DNA from: Pelagomonas calceolata
Taxonomy: Eukaryota
Assembly (NCBI GenBank): GCA_918797485.1
Contig: CAKKNE010000001.1
Span: forward strand, 4,836,001-4,900,000
Direction of reading: 5' to 3'
Length of the DNA: 64,000 nucleotides
The position numbers and the translations under genes were made by a program. Below the pieces are notes generated by a model. The model was not told the DNA's origin. It saw only the letters and a program-made list of their open reading frames with translations, and ran no database searches. Below, in pieces: positions 63,101 to 64,000 of this stretch (position 1 is the stretch's first letter; the number at the start of each line of letters is the position of its first letter).

Positions 63101-64000
63101 ACCAACAGACGGTCTACCTCCAAATCTCTCGAGGACCAATCGACGTTGTTCAGAAGACGTCCCCGTAGCACCTATCACATTCATCGCCTCCGACAGGCAG
63201 GCCTCGTCCACGCTCGATCCGCGCTTCTCCAGCGCCTCCTGGAAGGATGATCTTCCGCTCTTGGCACAGGCGGCTCTTAGCGAAGCGAGCACCGCACTCT
63301 CGGCCTCGCCGACCTTCCCACTACTACCCAACTGCCGCGTGAACTCTTCCAAGCTGATTTGATTGTCCCCATCGTCGTCGTACAACCGAGCCAAGCCGCC
63401 CGCGTCGGCGTTCGTGATGTCCTCCAGACCCGGTAATTCGCGCAAACCCGCGGCCAACTCATCGCGCGTAATCGCGCCATCTTCATCCTTGTCAAAGTGC
63501 TTGAACGCTTCGCTAGGTGCCAAATCCGACGAATGCACGATCTGCCTTAGTTTATTCTCGATACTAAACACGACGTCGCGGCCCATGAAACTTTGGAGTT
63601 CCCTCACACTTATCTTGTCATCACCATTTTTGTCGAACATCTGAATGAGGGCGTCGATTTCCTTACTGTCAGATCGAGAATCGCCCGTCATGTCCTTGAA
63701 CGTGCCCAAGGCCCTCAAACCTGCTTTGAGTTCCGTGTCCGTGATGAAGCCGTTGTCGTTCGAATCCCACTCTCGGAACGCCGCTTCGAGCGTCGTGCCC
63801 TTGCCCTCCGCCGCTAAGAGGATGGTTCGTAAGCGTCTAGCTAGCACAGCCACGTAGTTGCAGCCCGCAAACCTTAAGAATTCTGCTAAAGACAAATTGC
63901 CGCTGGCGTCGAGGTCGATCCTATTCAATAGTTTTTGCGCATCGGCATCTTGCACGCCCTTGAAGACTCCCAATGAATCCAATCCGGATCGTAGTTCGGA
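60197..64000 (-). CDS. Multi-EF-hand protein with nephrocystin-4-like C-terminal region; 5' end lies outside the window
   Basis: More than 10 EF-hand loops (e.g. DSNDNGFITDTEL, DKDEDGAITRDEL); C-terminal FEVELTNPF, VVTSAEEW, VVDRTFRFYQ, ITKTYDV..KRIPYRNPW, YVNSEHDQSEEVF resemble NPHP4. Confidence 0.75.
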   Translation of the reverse strand, partial: SELRSGLDSLGVFKGVQDADAQKLLNRIDLDASGNLSLAEFLRFAGCNYVAVLARRLRTILLAAEGKGTTLEAAFREWDSNDNGFITDTELKAGLRALGTFKDMTGDSRSDSKEIDALIQMFDKNGDDKISVRELQSFMGRDVVFSIENKLRQIVHSSDLAPSEAFKHFDKDEDGAITRDELAAGLRELPGLEDITNADAGGLARLYDDDGDNQISLEEFTRQLGSSGKVGEAESAVLASLRAACAKSGRSSFQEALEKRGSSVDEACLSEAMNVIGATGTSSEQRRLVLERFGGRPSVGVVTAFAKRGGVGSPDEIAQDLGEPSASPPTPPLTIMAHPALRDPALRAFADLLLAFEDDGADLAVAFRKLDTDRSGAVDARQLRSGLKSLGKTFAHFSDDDARRVVKALDKDNSGDLDLVELRKFVRLAREARDGPQEVDSEDADHLGDLLISFEDQGGDVDGFIARLDRNGDGRVTGDELYRGLRGLGEVFDSLDKKHARALVRSLDADDSGGIDARELRSFIKSHRAKNSKDIIKKGDSPDLVREKLRALLLRTEQKGTSLRSVFEALDEDDSGSLSVNELLGGLSKLGIFDSLDKRDVQDLVKRDLDSDRNGNVSIKEFLAFCRNSKAPASSRTVEKGGDDEDLDLVAQTYEFSSDPDVRAIEKKLRRAAREVAARGGDVRLLASQYDRDNSGSIVRSDFVQFLMQLGLSLVDAGGVPKDTRREAGDALRERQLRQLARVRGGAAPSRARRLLKGPSPDSNLTDEWDELALTQWYREGAKKEMVRGMLAKSMLSAVQIYPRFGTTCWFEVELTNPFGRAERFAVDVPKGEKELRVVTSAEEWQHLRRNVPVAFGTVGQGAVEADMIDGSGPPGAPPMVLLMARETVRIPFAFLSLTPPSHDLRWGRDDDKEDDARTVPVRFVAAGGFVVAATEVTARQRACVVDRTFRFYQAEGEILKRCVRVMPNAPAPMEDLGALGGWAAQAGAPRATDDRSMYVHCVGTGRGDASDVSIQWRESQDCPGAHEVLLKYARVGAFPSVGEFFVLVFRDRFCARLAEMWHVVVHSRLRADLAGVAGQAAGVELVVRGDRTPRVVRAYAAPAGGASIGDATFDPPQDFRLVPHAHNKFAVHYRAREGGAARVHVHLVDTDTHELVAAWLMTAVSSQPTITKTYDVELSLGKAATKRIPYRNPWNRPKSFGLVSSDENVLRPRDGGARVTIPPNGVEYLRLYFPAVHRRGMLQCLLYVNSEHDQSEEVFLLRLLVA

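Noticed and set aside
62118..63362. 414-aa Ser-rich plus-strand ORF
   Set aside because: Antisense shadow of the EF-hand gene.
1..64000. Autonomous transposase for the introners; rRNA or tRNA genes
   Set aside because: No DDE transposase, reverse transcriptase or structural RNA gene was recognisable by eye in this window.

Overview
Gene-dense, GC-rich eukaryotic DNA with about 41 protein-coding genes, short intergenic regions and few introns. Bipartite plastid presequences, a fused nitrile hydratase and introner-type introns suggest a stramenopile alga, probably a pelagophyte (inferred, not verified). Recognisable housekeeping genes: ARL1, SF3A3, WDR92, NFU, ARP3, AP-4 sigma, a CaMK-family kinase, TRM10, ROK fructokinase, an aspartic protease, LSM7, plastid PGK, an OTU deubiquitinase and an NPHP4-like gene. 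Highlights: (1) A ~1390-aa single-pass receptor joining a TauA-like solute-binding domain and CUB/EGF modules outside the cell to WWE, SH3-like and PARP-type ADP-ribosyltransferase domains inside. (2) Nine of the ten introns I could infer derive from one TIR element family (CTGTGTGGAAATCA...TGATTTCCACACAG, 8-bp TSD supplying the GT/GC donor). (3) A Kir channel with a TMGWG filter fused to two DHAR/CLIC-like GST domains. (4) An OSCA/TMEM63-like channel with an inserted WWE-like domain. (5) A bipartite motif CTAGTG-N9/10-CGCTAR in many upstream regions. All family calls come from reading motifs by eye; no database search was run.
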